Source of the DNA: Vulcanimicrobiota bacterium
Lineage (GTDB): Bacteria > Vulcanimicrobiota > Vulcanimicrobiia > Vulcanimicrobiales > Vulcanimicrobiaceae
DNA length: 64,000 bases
Reading direction: 5' to 3'
Assembly: GCA_963820825.1 (NCBI GenBank)
Contig: CAWGBN010000008.1
Location: 224,001-288,000, forward strand
Positions 63,062 to 64,000 of this stretch are shown one piece after another (the stretch's first letter is position 1; each line of letters begins with the position of its first letter). The position numbers were made by a program, and so were the translations under genes. The notes under the pieces are model-generated. The model searched no databases, was not told the DNA's origin, and worked only from the letters and a program-made list of their open reading frames with translations.

Positions 63062-64000
63062 TTAGGGATCCTCGTCGTTGTTACCGGGACCTCGCGGATC
63101 GAACGGCGGAGCCTTGATCGGAACGAAGGCGCGGGGCGGCTGGGAGAAGTCGAAGGCGTCGCTCAGATCGTCGGCGCGCCCGTCGGTCGTCTCAAGCGAG
63201 CCCTTCGGTATCCCGTAGGTCTCTTCGGTGAACGCCAAGATGCTGCCGAACTCGTGCTGGACCTTCGAGACGTAGCCCTTCTTCGCGTACGGAGAGATGA
63301 CGACGAGCGGAACCCGGAAACCGAGCTCGTAGGCGTTAAAGACCGGCGGCGGGACGTGATCGTACCATCCGCCCCAATCGTCCCAGGTAACGAAGATCGC
63401 GGTACTCTTCCAGAACCCGCTCTTGCCGAGCGCATTGACGATGGCGGCAACCCACGACGGACCCTCGGTCGTCGCATTGCGGCCGTTGTGATCGGACCAA
63501 TCGTCGCGAGGAGCGACCCACGTTACGCCGGCGAGCCGGCCGGACCGGACATCTTTGAGGATCTGCTGCGACGGCGTGATCACGTGCTGGTACTCTTTGC
63601 CGAACCGCACGTGCCGAATCTCGTCGAGCGGATGCCAGAAGCCCGGACCCTTTCCATGCTCGTAATACCGCCACGAGACGCCTCGCTCGTCGAGCAGGTC
63701 GGTCAGCACGGGCCGATTGAGGCAGTCGAAGACGGTGGGCCCGGCGTATCCGGTCGCGACGGCGATCGTCGGCACGAGAATGTAGGGCTTCGCATCGCAC
63801 CCGCCCGGCGCGGTCTCGTTCGTCTTGCGATCGAACGAGTTGTCGGCGAGGCGGTACGCGTCGAGCGCGCGATCGGTCGCGGTTCCGCTGATCAGATAGA
63901 GGTGGGCCGGAAGGCTCGGACCCTGATTGCTTTGGAACATGCGATCGGCGAAGACGTATTGCCTGGCCATCTCGTGATACGGCTCTGCCTCGGACTCCGG
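63062..64000 (-). CDS. Phosphoesterase / phospholipase C family protein (5' end outside window)
   Basis: FADRMF, GPSLPAH, SDH, WDDWGGWYDHV, GFRVP, ISPYAKKGYVS. Confidence 0.9.
   Translation of the reverse strand, partial: PESEAEPYHEMARQYVFADRMFQSNQGPSLPAHLYLISGTATDRALDAYRLADNSFDRKTNETAPGGCDAKPYILVPTIAVATGYAGPTVFDCLNRPVLTDLLDERGVSWRYYEHGKGPGFWHPLDEIRHVRFGKEYQHVITPSQQILKDVRSGRLAGVTWVAPRDDWSDHNGRNATTEGPSWVAAIVNALGKSGFWKSTAIFVTWDDWGGWYDHVPPPVFNAYELGFRVPLVVISPYAKKGYVSKVQHEFGSILAFTEETYGIPKGSLETTDGRADDLSDAFDFSQPPRAFVPIKAPPFDPRGPGNNDEDP

Overview
High-GC (roughly 65-67% by eye) bacterial chromosomal segment with about 60 densely packed genes. I saw no rRNA, tRNA, CRISPR array, integrase or transposase. 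It combines diderm features (a 1289-aa TonB-dependent receptor, a GT9 heptosyltransferase-like enzyme, an O-antigen-ligase-like protein, an LptD-like protein) with Bacillota-type features (lexA divergent from a yneA-like LysM gene, GAAC-N4-GTTC SOS boxes, mfd-prsA-mazG synteny). This mix, plus three phosphoesterase/phospholipase C paralogues, suggests Vulcanimicrobiota/Eremiobacterota; that assignment is inference. Main blocks, in order: panC-FHA; ynbB-PTS EIIC-lexA/LysM; TBDT with two secreted proteins; sucCD; a heptad-repeat membrane protein; acyl-CoA dehydrogenase and thiolase; a large surface-glycan region (about 18-53 kb); mfd-prsA-prsA'-mazG-kal; PadR-MATE. The glycan region holds gmd, rmd, rfbCD, wzx-like, DegT, Gfo, ATP-grasp, several GT2, GT9, murJ, a priming sugar transferase, two AftD/GT-C-like giants and a GT87-like gene. 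The B12-dependent lysine 5,6-aminomutase genes kamDE and an ECF sigma/anti-sigma unit are interleaved in it. Most notable: (1) kamDE embedded among nucleotide-sugar genes, with kal dispersed elsewhere; (2) a GT-C-rich extracytoplasmic glycosylation system; (3) short structured palindromic elements, one fused in-frame into the kamD C-terminus; (4) a PrsA paralogue missing the parvulin domain; (5) five frameshifts, most likely consensus indel errors.
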